DNA from: a virus
Lineage: Duplodnaviria; Caudoviricetes
Virus record (IMG/VR): IMGVR_UViG_3300020363_000067
Span: 1 to 29,585 of that record
Direction: 5' to 3' (one strand)
DNA length: 29,585 nucleotides
Position 1 is the stretch's first letter. Every line of letters starts with the position of its first letter. Positions 8,290-18,356 of this stretch are shown here, piece after piece. The notes beneath the pieces were generated by a model. The model saw nothing but the letters and a program-made list of their open reading frames with translations, did not search any database and was not told where the DNA came from. Position numbers and translations under genes: made by a program.

Positions 8290-8316
8290 GCCTTATTTTG
8301 AATTGTAATGTTTTTA

Positions 8317-8325
8317 TCGTTATAT
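8317..8325 (+). promoter_or_regulatory. putative late promoter TCGTTATAT (copy 2)
   Basis: Lies between the terminator and the first tail gene (ATG 8345). Confidence 0.7.
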
Positions 8326-8344
8326 TAATATAAAGACAAAACAA

Positions 8345-9010
8345 ATGGAAATAAATATTACAGTTCCTTCACAATTATGTGACATCAAACTTCATCAATA
8401 TAAAAAATATGTGAAACTGTTGGAAACAGTGGAAGAAGGTGAAAACAGGGATTCTTTTGTGTCATTAAAAATGTTGGAAATATTTTGCAATGTTCCATAT
8501 CAAACTGCAATCAAATTTAAAATGCAGGATGTAAATAAAATCATTGCAACAATTCTGGAATTATTATCATCCAAAAATGAACTTGTTAAAAGATTCAGAA
8601 TGGGGGACACAGAATTTGGATTTATTCCAAAACTTGATGACATGACATTTGGGGAATATATTGACCTTGACAACTATCTTGGAAAATGGGATAATATTGA
8701 AAAAGCAATGGCAGTTCTTTACAGACCAATCACAAAGTCATCCCAAGATCTTTATGACATTGCAGATTATCAAGGTGACACATATCATGAAATTATGAAT
8801 GAAATGCCAATGGATGCAGTTTTAAGTTCCATTGTTTTTTTTTATCGTTTAGGGATAGAATTGTCACAAACTATGATGAACTATTTACAAACCAACAAGG
8901 AAATTCAACAGGAATTGAAGCAGGGTTTGGAAAAAAATGGGGATGGTATGCATCAGTTTACAAACTCGCTCAATCTGATGTTGCAAGAATTAAAGATATC
9001 ACAGGAATGA
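8345..9010 (+). CDS. putative tail assembly chaperone (gpG-like, zero-frame product)
   Basis: 221 aa ORF containing the slippery run G TTT TTT TTT (8834-8843); first gene of the tail operon. Confidence 0.6.
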   Translation: MEINITVPSQLCDIKLHQYKKYVKLLETVEEGENRDSFVSLKMLEIFCNVPYQTAIKFKMQDVNKIIATILELLSSKNELVKRFRMGDTEFGFIPKLDDMTFGEYIDLDNYLGKWDNIEKAMAVLYRPITKSSQDLYDIADYQGDTYHEIMNEMPMDAVLSSIVFFYRLGIELSQTMMNYLQTNKEIQQELKQGLEKNGDGMHQFTNSLNLMLQELKISQE

Positions 9011-9114
9011 ATTTGCACACCTGTCTTCTGGCATTGTGTTATGAAAAAGACAAATCAGATGTTGAAGCACAGATAACAAGAAACAATTATAATAAAAATA
9101 AAATAAGAAGATAA
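8345..9114 (+). CDS. putative -1 frameshift product (gpGT-like chaperone)
   Basis: The -1 frame is open from 8842 to TAA 9112-9114: LSFRDRIVTNYDELF...FGKKWGWYASVYKLAQSDVARIKDITGMNLHTCLLALCYEKDK...IRR*. It abuts the next ATG at 9115. Confidence 0.65.
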
Positions 9115-9609
9115 ATGTCAAATAAAGGTTCAGAAGCATTTTACAGGGTTACAGAAAAAATAAAAGAATTTCTTCTTAATTCACCAGATGTCAAAACTGT
9201 CACATATGGTGACATTACACAGGTTGATTTAAACAAACAAGACATGTTTCCATTGTCACACATAATTGTGAACAATGCAACATTAAATGCAGGGGTGATT
9301 CAATTCAATATTACAGTCATGTCAATGGACTTGGTGTGGCAATCAAAAACAAATCCTTCTGCAACTGACTTTGACATTATGTTTTATAAACTTGACAATG
9401 AACAGGATGTATTAAACACCCAATTGAAAGTTGTTAATTTATTAAATCAATCAATGTTGCGTAAAACATTAAGGGGTGACAATTTTGAATTAGTTGGGGA
9501 TTCTGGAAACTGTGAACCATTTCATGAAAGATTTGAAAATGTTCTTGCAGGATGGGCGTACACTTTTGATGTATTTGTTGAAAATAATATTGACACATGC
9601 CAAAATTAA
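9115..9609 (+). CDS. putative tail terminator/completion protein
   Basis: 164 aa; FPLSHIIV and AGW.Y.F.V pattern. Size and position fit a lambda gpU-like protein. Confidence 0.5.
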   Translation: MSNKGSEAFYRVTEKIKEFLLNSPDVKTVTYGDITQVDLNKQDMFPLSHIIVNNATLNAGVIQFNITVMSMDLVWQSKTNPSATDFDIMFYKLDNEQDVLNTQLKVVNLLNQSMLRKTLRGDNFELVGDSGNCEPFHERFENVLAGWAYTFDVFVENNIDTCQN

Positions 9610-10163
9610 TTGATTTATTACAGAACACAGAAAATGCAGTTTCATTGATTAGGGACTTAATAATCAAAGAAGCAAAACAAAACCTTGCAAGGGGTGGAAA
9701 AAAAGGTTCATACAATGCAAGTGGAAAATTGACAGATTCAATTAAACCTGTCCAAACAACAGAAAAGGGTGGTGTGGTTGAAAGTGGAATTGACATGTTG
9801 TTGTATGGTGAATTTATTGACAAAGGTGTGAAGGGTGTTGAAAGTGGAAAAAGTTTGGCAAATTACAAATATACATCCAAAGGTGGTAAACAAGGATTGA
9901 AAGGAATGCCACCACCAAAGGCATTTGATAAATGGTCAATCAGAAGAAAGATTGCACCCAGAGATGACAAAGGGCGTTTTCTTCCAAGAAAATCAGTCAA
10001 TTTTGGTTTAGCAGTTAGTGTGTTTAAATATGGAATTGCACCAACAATGTTTTTGACAAAACCATTTAAGAAATACACAAAGAATATTGCAACAGAAGTT
10101 GGTGAAGCATTTGGGGAAGACACAATGAAATATATTACAATGATTTTAAAAGACAAAAAATAA
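9597..10163 (+). CDS. putative neck/tail completion protein (HK97 gp10-like)
   Basis: Basic protein with ASGKL..SI, YG.F.DKG, MPP and GIAPT.F motifs. Confidence 0.55.
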   Translation: MPKLIDLLQNTENAVSLIRDLIIKEAKQNLARGGKKGSYNASGKLTDSIKPVQTTEKGGVVESGIDMLLYGEFIDKGVKGVESGKSLANYKYTSKGGKQGLKGMPPPKAFDKWSIRRKIAPRDDKGRFLPRKSVNFGLAVSVFKYGIAPTMFLTKPFKKYTKNIATEVGEAFGEDTMKYITMILKDKK

Positions 10164-11483
10164 ATGGCAACACAAGTAAACCTTTCAAGGTCACCTTATT
10201 ATGTGAAAATTATTCCAGACACAGTTGGAACAGTTGAATCATCAACCACACAAATTTGGATTTATACAGGAACACAAACACCACTTCCTGCACAACCAAC
10301 ATACACATTAGTAAAAAAACCAATTGGAACTTCTGATTTGATTGTTCTGGAATTGGCGCAGTTGGTTAATGATTATGTCACAACATCATATGATGGAACC
10401 TATTCCACAGACACATTTTTTTTGTATTGGTCAACAGTATTTGTTGACAGTGCAGGGACACAAATTGGTTCAAGTGTGACTGCAAGTGATTATTTTCCAT
10501 TTTCAAAAGGATATGGTTTTTTCAATGAAGGAATTAATCCATACATGTCAAGTGACACAGTGATCACCAATCCCAACACAAATCAAATTCCTTCTGGATA
10601 TGCAAGTGACAATTATTTTATTAATGTGCCACAAAGTGAACCAATACAAATCCCAAGTGTTGTCACAATTCTTGATTCAATAGAAATTAATTATTACACA
10701 GGAAGTTATGAAGAAGCACTTGCAGGACAAAAAGTGATGAAGACAGAAACATTGTCAAATGCAAATGGTGATTCTGATAAATTCATTCAATATTCAACCA
10801 ATGAAAATCCAACTGCATATATTCCACAAAGTGAAACACAATGGGACAATCTTGTTGCAGGATGGAATGCAGAAATTGAAAACAACACAGACAGTCCAAC
10901 AAGAAGTGTTTTTTGGTGTCCATATAATGAAAACCCAACAACATGGATTTCAGTTGCTAAAGTTGGACAATCTTCTTCATCAACAAAATGGATAAAAGTC
11001 AATTATTTAAGAAAAGATAAATTTGAACCATACAAGGTGACATTTATCAATCGTTATGGTGCATTGGAAAACTTTTGGATGATGGGAAGCAAAAAGGAAG
11101 TTTTAAGTGTGACAGGGGACACATTTATGCGAAACTTGATAAACATACCAACAACACAACTTCCATCAGACACTGTGAATTATAATCCAGACGCACATCA
11201 ATTTGTCACATTTGGTGAACAAGGCAAAACAGAAATTAAATTGACAACAGGATGGATTGAAGAAGAAAACAATGATGTCCTTAAACAACTGTTTTTAAGT
11301 CAAAAAATTTGGTTGACAAATTATCAGACAAATGAACAAAGGGAAAATTCAGAACCTTTTATCATTGAACCTGTAATTCTTAAAAGTAAAAATTTAAACT
11401 ACAAAACACACTTGCAAGAAAAAGTGATTAATTATGAAGTCAATTTTCAATTTGCATATGAAGAAATTAATCAAGTTTATTAA
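10164..11483 (+). CDS. virion tail protein (putative distal tail/baseplate)
   Basis: 439 aa, beta-rich; C-terminal F.NRYG...F...TGW..E......L..S block; tail operon context. Confidence 0.55.
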   Translation: MATQVNLSRSPYYVKIIPDTVGTVESSTTQIWIYTGTQTPLPAQPTYTLVKKPIGTSDLIVLELAQLVNDYVTTSYDGTYSTDTFFLYWSTVFVDSAGTQIGSSVTASDYFPFSKGYGFFNEGINPYMSSDTVITNPNTNQIPSGYASDNYFINVPQSEPIQIPSVVTILDSIEINYYTGSYEEALAGQKVMKTETLSNANGDSDKFIQYSTNENPTAYIPQSETQWDNLVAGWNAEIENNTDSPTRSVFWCPYNENPTTWISVAKVGQSSSSTKWIKVNYLRKDKFEPYKVTFINRYGALENFWMMGSKKEVLSVTGDTFMRNLINIPTTQLPSDTVNYNPDAHQFVTFGEQGKTEIKLTTGWIEEENNDVLKQLFLSQKIWLTNYQTNEQRENSEPFIIEPVILKSKNLNYKTHLQEKVINYEVNFQFAYEEINQVY

Positions 11484-13871
11484 ATGGCGCAGAAGGTTAT
11501 ATTATATATTCAAAGCGACCCCAATGATGCAAATTCATATGTGAAGGTCGATTTATACAAAGATGAAACAGTTTCTTTGACAATGACATTGCAGGATGTA
11601 AGGGACATTGAAAAAGTCAGAACAGATTTTTCACAACCTTTCACAATTCCTGCATCAGACCAAAACAATCTTTTATTTCAACATTGGTATAATCCAGACA
11701 TTATTGGGTTTAATTCAAATTATCGTGCACTTGCAAAATTAGAATTAAATTATTTGCCATTCAGACAGGGATTCATCAGATTGAATTCTGTAAAAATGAA
11801 AGACAACAAAGCACAATTTTATAATATTACATTTTTAGGTGAAACAGTTGACCTTAAAAACATTATAAGTGAAGACCAAATTTCACAATTAACATGGTTG
11901 AACAGTCAAGGTTTTGTGTTTGCAAACAACAATGCATCTGCAAAACAAGGATTAAACAATGGATTAAACAAAACTGTTGATGGTGTGCAATATGACAAAG
12001 CATTTATTTACCCATTAATATCACATTCAGTTGCATTTAATTATAAAAGCAATCCGCCATCTGGCGAAATTAATTATACAAATTTATATTCTGCACCAAG
12101 TGGCGCATCCACCAGTAGTGGGTGTTTTTATAATGATTTAAAACCTGCAATAAGAGTTGATTTAATATTGAAGGCAATAGAAAACAGATATACAATTGCA
12201 AATGGTTATACATCAAATTTGACATTTAGTAATGATTTCTTTTTTACATCTGCAACAGAAAATCTTTATTTGTGGATGTCCAGAAACAAGGGACCGATGA
12301 AGGGTGGTGGAAGAATTACAACTTCAAATCTTGCAAAAGGTGTTGGGATTCAAGCAGAATCACTTGGACCGTTTAGACCTTTTTTCGGTGGATATTGGAA
12401 TCCATCACAATTTTATTTCTGTGATGAACAGGGGGAATTAAACATAAATAGAGAATGTTATAATCCAACATGGGTTAGTGGTCAGTTTAATCGTACTTTT
12501 TTATTATATATAAGGTTTGGAACATATCCAAGACCTTTTTATTTATTAAGGGCAGTGCGATTGACATATAAAATCACACCTTCAGCAGGATTTGAATCTG
12601 TTCCATACACAGTTCAAGTGTTGGATGAATTTAACAATGTCACAATTTCTGAATCAATTGGATTGCAAGGAACACAGGAAGTGGTGGTGAATCGTGTAAA
12701 CAATTCTTCATATTCATCAGTTCCATTTCCAAATTTCAATCCATCTGCAAGTGATGTTGTTGGATTAAATTATTCAGCAGATATTGTTGTCAATGTTGTA
12801 TCTGATGACACTTTTGCATTTGAATTTGAAGTAAATCAAGAATATTATGGACCGATAAATTATATTAATTATATAAATAATGATTGTACTGTCACAGAAG
12901 ATTTTATTTACGTTCGTGGTGTGTACAGACCAGGCGGGACAATACAATTGGAAATTGATGTAATTCCAACACAACAACTTCCAGAAATTAAAATTTTGGA
13001 TTTCTTGACAGGATTATTTAAAACTTTCAATTTAACTGCATATTTTGAAGATGGTGTGACAGTGGTCAAAACACTTGATGATTTTTATTCAGATTTTAAT
13101 AATTGGGATTTGACAAAACTTGTTCATGCAGAAGAACACACAGTTTCTGAATCCCTTCCATTTAGTGAAATTAATTTTACCTATCCAGAACCCAAATCAA
13201 TTTTGGCGCAGACATTTGAACAGGTAAACAACAGAAAATATGGTGAATTAAGATTTGTTGCAGAAGCATCAAAACAAGGCACATATGAAGTCAAAAGTCC
13301 ATTTGAACACATGTTGTTTGAAAGAATGAATGATGAATCAACAGGTGACCTTTTATCAATACAACAGGGAACATTTTTGGATGACAATTTAAATGCATCT
13401 TTTGGAAAACCTTTGTTGTTTTATGCAGTTGAAAATTCAGACAATTCAAATGATTTTATAAATTGGATCAATGGAATCAGACCTGTTGATGTTACTGCAC
13501 AACCATCTGCAGGAACAGTGCAAAGGTTTAGAAATTATTTTATGGCATCAAATTCAAATGCAATTGGAACATCAACCACTGCACCAACAAGCACATTAAA
13601 TTTTGGTTCTGAAATAAACACCTACACATTAACAGATTATGGGGGAAACAATAATTCATTATTTCAAAATTATTATACAAATTATATTGAAAGGGTTTTT
13701 AGTCCAAGAAACAGATTGTTTGCATTTAAAGTCAAACTTCCAATTAGATTTTTAATTCAGTTTAAATTAAGTGACCAAATACAAATTGGAAACAGACAAT
13801 ATTTGATAAATAAAATTAGTGCAGATTTGACAACAGGTGAAAGTTCAATGGAATTATTAAACATATTTTAA
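11484..13871 (+). CDS. large tail tip/hub protein
   Basis: 795 aa; N-terminal DL...E...D.....TDFSQ.FTIPAS..NN..F, then DFL.GLFK.FNL and a C-terminal Y.INKI..DL.TG...ELL; lies next to the tape measure gene. Confidence 0.6.
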   Translation: MAQKVILYIQSDPNDANSYVKVDLYKDETVSLTMTLQDVRDIEKVRTDFSQPFTIPASDQNNLLFQHWYNPDIIGFNSNYRALAKLELNYLPFRQGFIRLNSVKMKDNKAQFYNITFLGETVDLKNIISEDQISQLTWLNSQGFVFANNNASAKQGLNNGLNKTVDGVQYDKAFIYPLISHSVAFNYKSNPPSGEINYTNLYSAPSGASTSSGCFYNDLKPAIRVDLILKAIENRYTIANGYTSNLTFSNDFFFTSATENLYLWMSRNKGPMKGGGRITTSNLAKGVGIQAESLGPFRPFFGGYWNPSQFYFCDEQGELNINRECYNPTWVSGQFNRTFLLYIRFGTYPRPFYLLRAVRLTYKITPSAGFESVPYTVQVLDEFNNVTISESIGLQGTQEVVVNRVNNSSYSSVPFPNFNPSASDVVGLNYSADIVVNVVSDDTFAFEFEVNQEYYGPINYINYINNDCTVTEDFIYVRGVYRPGGTIQLEIDVIPTQQLPEIKILDFLTGLFKTFNLTAYFEDGVTVVKTLDDFYSDFNNWDLTKLVHAEEHTVSESLPFSEINFTYPEPKSILAQTFEQVNNRKYGELRFVAEASKQGTYEVKSPFEHMLFERMNDESTGDLLSIQQGTFLDDNLNASFGKPLLFYAVENSDNSNDFINWINGIRPVDVTAQPSAGTVQRFRNYFMASNSNAIGTSTTAPTSTLNFGSEINTYTLTDYGGNNNSLFQNYYTNYIERVFSPRNRLFAFKVKLPIRFLIQFKLSDQIQIGNRQYLINKISADLTTGESSMELLNIF

Positions 13872-13872
13872 A

Positions 13873-14013
13873 ATGATAAAAGACATACTTGATGCATTGC
13901 AAATGATTGAAAATTCTGATTCAGAAATTATTCAAATTGCAAAAGGAAAATATAAATATCCATACACTTGGAAAAGTTTAAAAAAAGCAATTAAAACAAT
14001 AAAAAATAAATAA
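13873..14013 (+). CDS. small hypothetical protein (46 aa)
   Basis: Hand-translated MIKDILDALQM...IQIAKGKYKYPYTWK...; exactly fills the gap. Confidence 0.7.
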   Translation: MIKDILDALQMIENSDSEIIQIAKGKYKYPYTWKSLKKAIKTIKNK

Positions 14014-14015
14014 TT

Positions 14016-15995
14016 ATGCCGACAGTTGAAACAATTAAAATACAGGCAGATGTTAAAGATGCAATAAAAGGGATTGACAAACTTGAAGATGCAATTAAAG
14101 GACTTGAAGAAGCACAGAAAGACCAAGCAGAATCACATGCCAAAGAATTAAAGAAAATTACAGAAGCAAATAAAAAAACTGCATCTGCAACATCTAAACT
14201 TGCAAAAGGTTTTAAAGGTGTTGGTCTTGCAATGAAGGCGGCAGGGATTGGACTTGTGATGAAATTGGTGGATGCATTGACAGAAGCAATGATGAAGAAT
14301 CAAAAAATTGCAGATACTGTTGAAACTGTGTTTACTGCCATTGGTCTTGTTATGAAACAAGTCACAGATGCATTGTTTGAAACATTCAACAAAGTTTCAG
14401 AAGCGACAGGTGGATTTGATGCAATGCAGAAAGTGATTACCAACTTATTGAAGATTGCATTTACACCATTAAAATTGGCATTTTTAGGAATTAAGGGTGC
14501 AATACAAGGCGCACAACTTATTTGGGAACAATCTTGGTTTGGTGATGGTGATGAAAAGAAAATTGCAGAATTAAAAAAAGGGTTAAGGGAAACAGGTGAA
14601 GAAATTAAACAAGTTGGTCGTGACACTATTGAAGCAGCGAAAAATGTTGGTGAAAATCTTGGTGAAGCAGTTGGGGAAATTGCTACACTTGCGACAGAAT
14701 CAATTGATTCAGTTGGAAAAGTAATGGAAGAAATTGATGTTAAACAAACACTTGCAGATGCAACAAGATTGACCAAATTAAAAAAGAATTATGAATTGGT
14801 TGCACTTCAACAACAAAGATTGATTGAATCATATGATGAAGAAGCAGAAAAGCAAAGACAGATAAGAGATGATGTTTCCATAAGTATTGATGAAAGAATT
14901 GAAGCAAATAAAAAACTTGGTGAAGTTCTGGAAAAACAACTTGATGCGGAAAAGAAAGTTGCACAAAGTGCGATTGATAATTTAAAACAACAAATTGCAT
15001 TGGAAGGTGAATCCAATGATTTAAAAAATCAACTTTACCAAGCAGAAACAGAACTTCTTGCAATTAGTGCGAAGGTCACAGGATTTAAATCTGAACAATT
15101 AACAAATGAAAATGCATTGTTGCAGGAACAAAATCAATTGGTTCAAACTGCAAATATTGGTGAACAAGAAAGGGCAAAATTAAAAGCAGAAGCACTTATT
15201 CAGCAAGAAACAGACATGTTTAAAAAACTTGATTTGCAACAAAAAGAATTGGATGCAGAAAATGAACAAGCACTTGCAGATATAGAAGCAAAAAGGGAAA
15301 TTTATGCAGAAGGGACACAAGCAAGAATTGATGCTGAACAGGAATATTTAAACAGAATAAATGAAATTGCACTTGGTCAAGATGAAATTGAAAGATTAAG
15401 AGTTGAAGAAGCACAGAAAAGGGAAGAAGAAAAAAGACAGGCAAAAATTCAAACACTTGACACCATCACCCAAATCTTTGGTGCAGAATCTGCGCTTGGA
15501 AAAGCATCTTTAATTGCAAAACAATTAATGGCCGCCCAAGAATTGATGATTGAACTTGGTGTGATGAAACAAAAGGCAACAATGATGATGGTGGATGGTC
15601 AAATGAAGGCAGTCAAAAGTGGTACAGACACTGCATCTGGTTTGAACGCAACATTGGCACTTGGATTTCCTGCCGCGATTCCGGGTCTTGTTGCATATGC
15701 AGCGAGTGCGGTTGGAATTGTCACAGGAATAATGACTGCAATCAAAAAACAAAAGGCAGTTGCATCATCAATTGGGGGAACACCATCTGGGGGTGGTGGC
15801 GGTGGTGGAACACCTGCACCTGCACCACAACCTGTGTCACCATCTTTCAATGTGGTTGGAAGTTCAGACACAAATCAAATTGCTGAAATGTTAGGTGACC
15901 AAAACAATACACCTGTACAGGCGTATGTTGTTAGTCAAGATGTGACAACTGCACAAAGTTTGGAAAGAAATATTGTTGAAACAACAAGTTTGTAA
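14016..15995 (+). CDS. tail tape measure protein
   Basis: 659 aa of Ala/Glu/Lys-rich helical coiled coil with hydrophobic segments, a Gly/Pro linker and C-terminal PVQAYVVS.DVTTAQ. Confidence 0.85.
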   Translation: MPTVETIKIQADVKDAIKGIDKLEDAIKGLEEAQKDQAESHAKELKKITEANKKTASATSKLAKGFKGVGLAMKAAGIGLVMKLVDALTEAMMKNQKIADTVETVFTAIGLVMKQVTDALFETFNKVSEATGGFDAMQKVITNLLKIAFTPLKLAFLGIKGAIQGAQLIWEQSWFGDGDEKKIAELKKGLRETGEEIKQVGRDTIEAAKNVGENLGEAVGEIATLATESIDSVGKVMEEIDVKQTLADATRLTKLKKNYELVALQQQRLIESYDEEAEKQRQIRDDVSISIDERIEANKKLGEVLEKQLDAEKKVAQSAIDNLKQQIALEGESNDLKNQLYQAETELLAISAKVTGFKSEQLTNENALLQEQNQLVQTANIGEQERAKLKAEALIQQETDMFKKLDLQQKELDAENEQALADIEAKREIYAEGTQARIDAEQEYLNRINEIALGQDEIERLRVEEAQKREEEKRQAKIQTLDTITQIFGAESALGKASLIAKQLMAAQELMIELGVMKQKATMMMVDGQMKAVKSGTDTASGLNATLALGFPAAIPGLVAYAASAVGIVTGIMTAIKKQKAVASSIGGTPSGGGGGGGTPAPAPQPVSPSFNVVGSSDTNQIAEMLGDQNNTPVQAYVVSQDVTTAQSLERNIVETTSL

Positions 15996-16001
15996 TATTA
16001 A

Positions 16002-16010
16002 TCGTTATAT
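16002..16010 (+). promoter_or_regulatory. putative late promoter TCGTTATAT (copy 3)
   Basis: In the 27-nt gap before the protease gene. Confidence 0.7.
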
Positions 16011-16022
16011 AATAAAAGAATC

Positions 16023-16637
16023 ATGAGTTTAGACATTGTTGAATTATTTATTGAAGAAGGTGACATTGACACAGGCATTGATGCAATTAGTGTCGTGGAA
16101 TATCCTGCCATTGAAGAAGATTTTATTGCCTTAAAAGATGCAAAAGAATTTAAATTTAAAACAGTTGACCAAGATAAACAACTGTTAATTGGACCGTTGT
16201 TGATCCCTAACAAACCAATTTACAGAAAAGATGATGATGGAAAAGAATATTATATTTTTTTCAGTGAAGAAACAGTTCAAAAAGCATCACAAATGTATTT
16301 AAAACAAGGGAAGCAAAACAATTCAACACTTGAACATCAAAAAAAGATTTATGGTCTTTCACTTGTGGAATCTTGGATTGTAGAAAATCCAAAAAAAGAC
16401 AAATCAAACACATATGGGATGGAAGTTCCAAAAGGGACTTGGATGGGTTCAGTCAAAGTTGACAATCCAGACATTTGGAAGGATTATGTCAAAACAGGAA
16501 AAGTGCGTGGATTTTCAATCGAAGGATATTTTGCAGATAGGGCGTCAAGAAGCAATTTCACAGAAATGAGTGATGAACAAGTTGCAATGCAAACACTTGA
16601 AAAAATATATAATTTGATTGTAAATGGCAAAAAATAA
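16023..16637 (+). CDS. prohead maturation serine protease (XkdF/S78-like)
   Basis: H...VESW...PKGTW...KVDN..IW...VK.G...GFSIEG motifs. Confidence 0.85.
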   Translation: MSLDIVELFIEEGDIDTGIDAISVVEYPAIEEDFIALKDAKEFKFKTVDQDKQLLIGPLLIPNKPIYRKDDDGKEYYIFFSEETVQKASQMYLKQGKQNNSTLEHQKKIYGLSLVESWIVENPKKDKSNTYGMEVPKGTWMGSVKVDNPDIWKDYVKTGKVRGFSIEGYFADRASRSNFTEMSDEQVAMQTLEKIYNLIVNGKK

Positions 16638-16908
16638 ATATCCATTATCACCAGATGGAACACCAACACAAGGATGGGGAATTGACAGAAGCAAACCTGC
16701 GTGTCTTTGTGTGGATGGTGAAACATATTCAAATGAATGTTGTGAAGGTTACCTTTGGAATCAAGGAATTGGAAGAACACAAGGAACAAATCCTGCGCAA
16801 CAAAACTTATTAATCACAGAACCTGCATCACAAGGTGTGGCATCTGTTTTTATATTATGGCAGGATGACAACACAAATGAAATTGGAAAAATAATCTGGT
16901 CAACTTAA
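16624..16908 (+). CDS. Cys-rich small protein, likely virion-associated
   Basis: CLC.DGETYS.ECCEG.LWNQGIG motif; head module context. Confidence 0.6.
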   Translation: MAKNKYPLSPDGTPTQGWGIDRSKPACLCVDGETYSNECCEGYLWNQGIGRTQGTNPAQQNLLITEPASQGVASVFILWQDDNTNEIGKIIWST

Positions 16909-16919
16909 AAAATAATAAA

Positions 16920-17522
16920 ATGGCAAATAAAAGAATTACACAATTACCAATAATCACAACTGCATCATCCACAGATGTCATTCCAATTGTTTCAAATGGT
17001 GTTACAAGTCAAATTGAATATGGCAATTTAGATAATGCAGGAAAATATGAATCAATTTTATATGGTCAATCATTTGGTGACCAAGTTCCTTCAACAACAG
17101 ACACCACACTTTTAATAAAATTTGGTGCAAATGTCACAACGAAAGAAGTTGAACTTAATGGAACAGGAACAATAACAATTCTTAAAGCAGGAAATTATAT
17201 TTTACAAGTTAATTATACACTTGCAAGACAAGGTGCATCGGGTGGTGCAAGTGCAATTGCAATGCGACACACAGTGAATGGGAATCAAGTGGGTGCATCA
17301 CATATTATAAAATTAAATGCATCTGCGGAAATTATGCCATTTCAAATTCAAGAACAATCATATTATTCACAGGGTGATGTAATAAGATTTGAAATAATAA
17401 GGGATTCTGTTTTGTCAAGTGGTGCAGGAATCAATGAAGGTGGATTGTATGGGAATGCAATTCAAGGTTCTGGATGGACTGCAAACAGGTCTTCAACAAT
17501 TAACATTCTTCAACTTAAATAA
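16920..17522 (+). CDS. putative head fibre/decoration protein (BclA-C/TNF-like beta domain)
   Basis: N-terminal KRITQLP...DVIPIV attachment-type motif; GTITILKAGNY.L and GDVIRF strands. Confidence 0.5.
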   Translation: MANKRITQLPIITTASSTDVIPIVSNGVTSQIEYGNLDNAGKYESILYGQSFGDQVPSTTDTTLLIKFGANVTTKEVELNGTGTITILKAGNYILQVNYTLARQGASGGASAIAMRHTVNGNQVGASHIIKLNASAEIMPFQIQEQSYYSQGDVIRFEIIRDSVLSSGAGINEGGLYGNAIQGSGWTANRSSTINILQLK

Positions 17523-17563
17523 GACACACTTATTGTCTTAAACGCCCATTTAAAGCGTTGTGT

Positions 17564-17572
17564 TCGTTATAT
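17564..17572 (+). promoter_or_regulatory. putative late promoter TCGTTATAT (copy 4)
   Basis: Upstream of scaffold-capsid genes, preceded by two small hairpins (17520-17559). Confidence 0.7.
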
Positions 17573-17599
17573 AGGTATTAACTTAATATTTATTTATAT

Positions 17600-18334
17600 A
17601 TGAATGCAATCGATATTTTAAAGCGATTTGATACATTCCTAAACAAGGTTGAATTGGCAACAATGAAACTTGCAAATGGAACTGTCTTGGAAGCAGATGA
17701 ATTTTCCGAAGGTCATTCCGTATTTATCATTTCAGACACAGATGAAAAAGTTCCACTTCCTGTTGGGGAATATGAACTTGAAGATGGTCGTGTGTTGACA
17801 GTTGGTGAAGTTGGGAAGATTGGGAAAATGGACTTGGAAACAGTCCCAGAAGCAGAAGAAGAAGGTTACAAGGATGGAATCAAAGATGCAAAGGAAGACA
17901 TCAAAAAAGATGTTGAAGACACAAAACTTGCAGAAGATGAAGCAGTCGTTGAAGATTGGGCAGGGATGGAAAAAAGGATTAAAAACCTTGAAGATGCCAT
18001 TGCCGATTTGAAAAAAGACAAAGTTTCAGTGAAGGCAGGTGATGACAATTCACCACAAGATCCAGAAGAATTTGAAGGTGGTTACGTTTCAAAAGAAGAA
18101 TTTCAATCAGAAGTCAAAGAAATGAAAAACATGATTGAAAAAATTGAAGCAAAACTGAATGAAGGAAAAGAAGAAGATGGTGCATTTGTTGTCAAGGAAG
18201 AATTGGGAAGTCAGTTGTTAAAACACAATCCAAATTCAACAAAATCAACAATCAAATTTAAACTTGGTTCAAATAAACCAACATCCACAATGGATAAAAT
18301 AATGGAAAGAATTTCCAACATAAATCACAATTAA
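17600..18334 (+). CDS. capsid scaffolding protein
   Basis: Very acidic with coiled coils; P.P.GEYELEDG motif; directly upstream of the major capsid gene. Confidence 0.7.
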   Translation: MNAIDILKRFDTFLNKVELATMKLANGTVLEADEFSEGHSVFIISDTDEKVPLPVGEYELEDGRVLTVGEVGKIGKMDLETVPEAEEEGYKDGIKDAKEDIKKDVEDTKLAEDEAVVEDWAGMEKRIKNLEDAIADLKKDKVSVKAGDDNSPQDPEEFEGGYVSKEEFQSEVKEMKNMIEKIEAKLNEGKEEDGAFVVKEELGSQLLKHNPNSTKSTIKFKLGSNKPTSTMDKIMERISNINHN

Positions 18335-18356
18335 AAAAAAAATAAAAATTAGAAAA

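Noticed and set aside
15790-15840. GGT/GGC and CACCTG short repeats
   Set aside because: They simply encode the Gly/Pro-Ala linker of the tape measure protein.
14148-15871. Long minus-strand ORFs inside the tape measure (for example 14300-14776, 158 aa) and other antisense ORFs in the track
   Set aside because: Shadows of + strand genes. They have no plausible promoters or motifs, and scarce CTA on the + strand removes antisense TAG stops.
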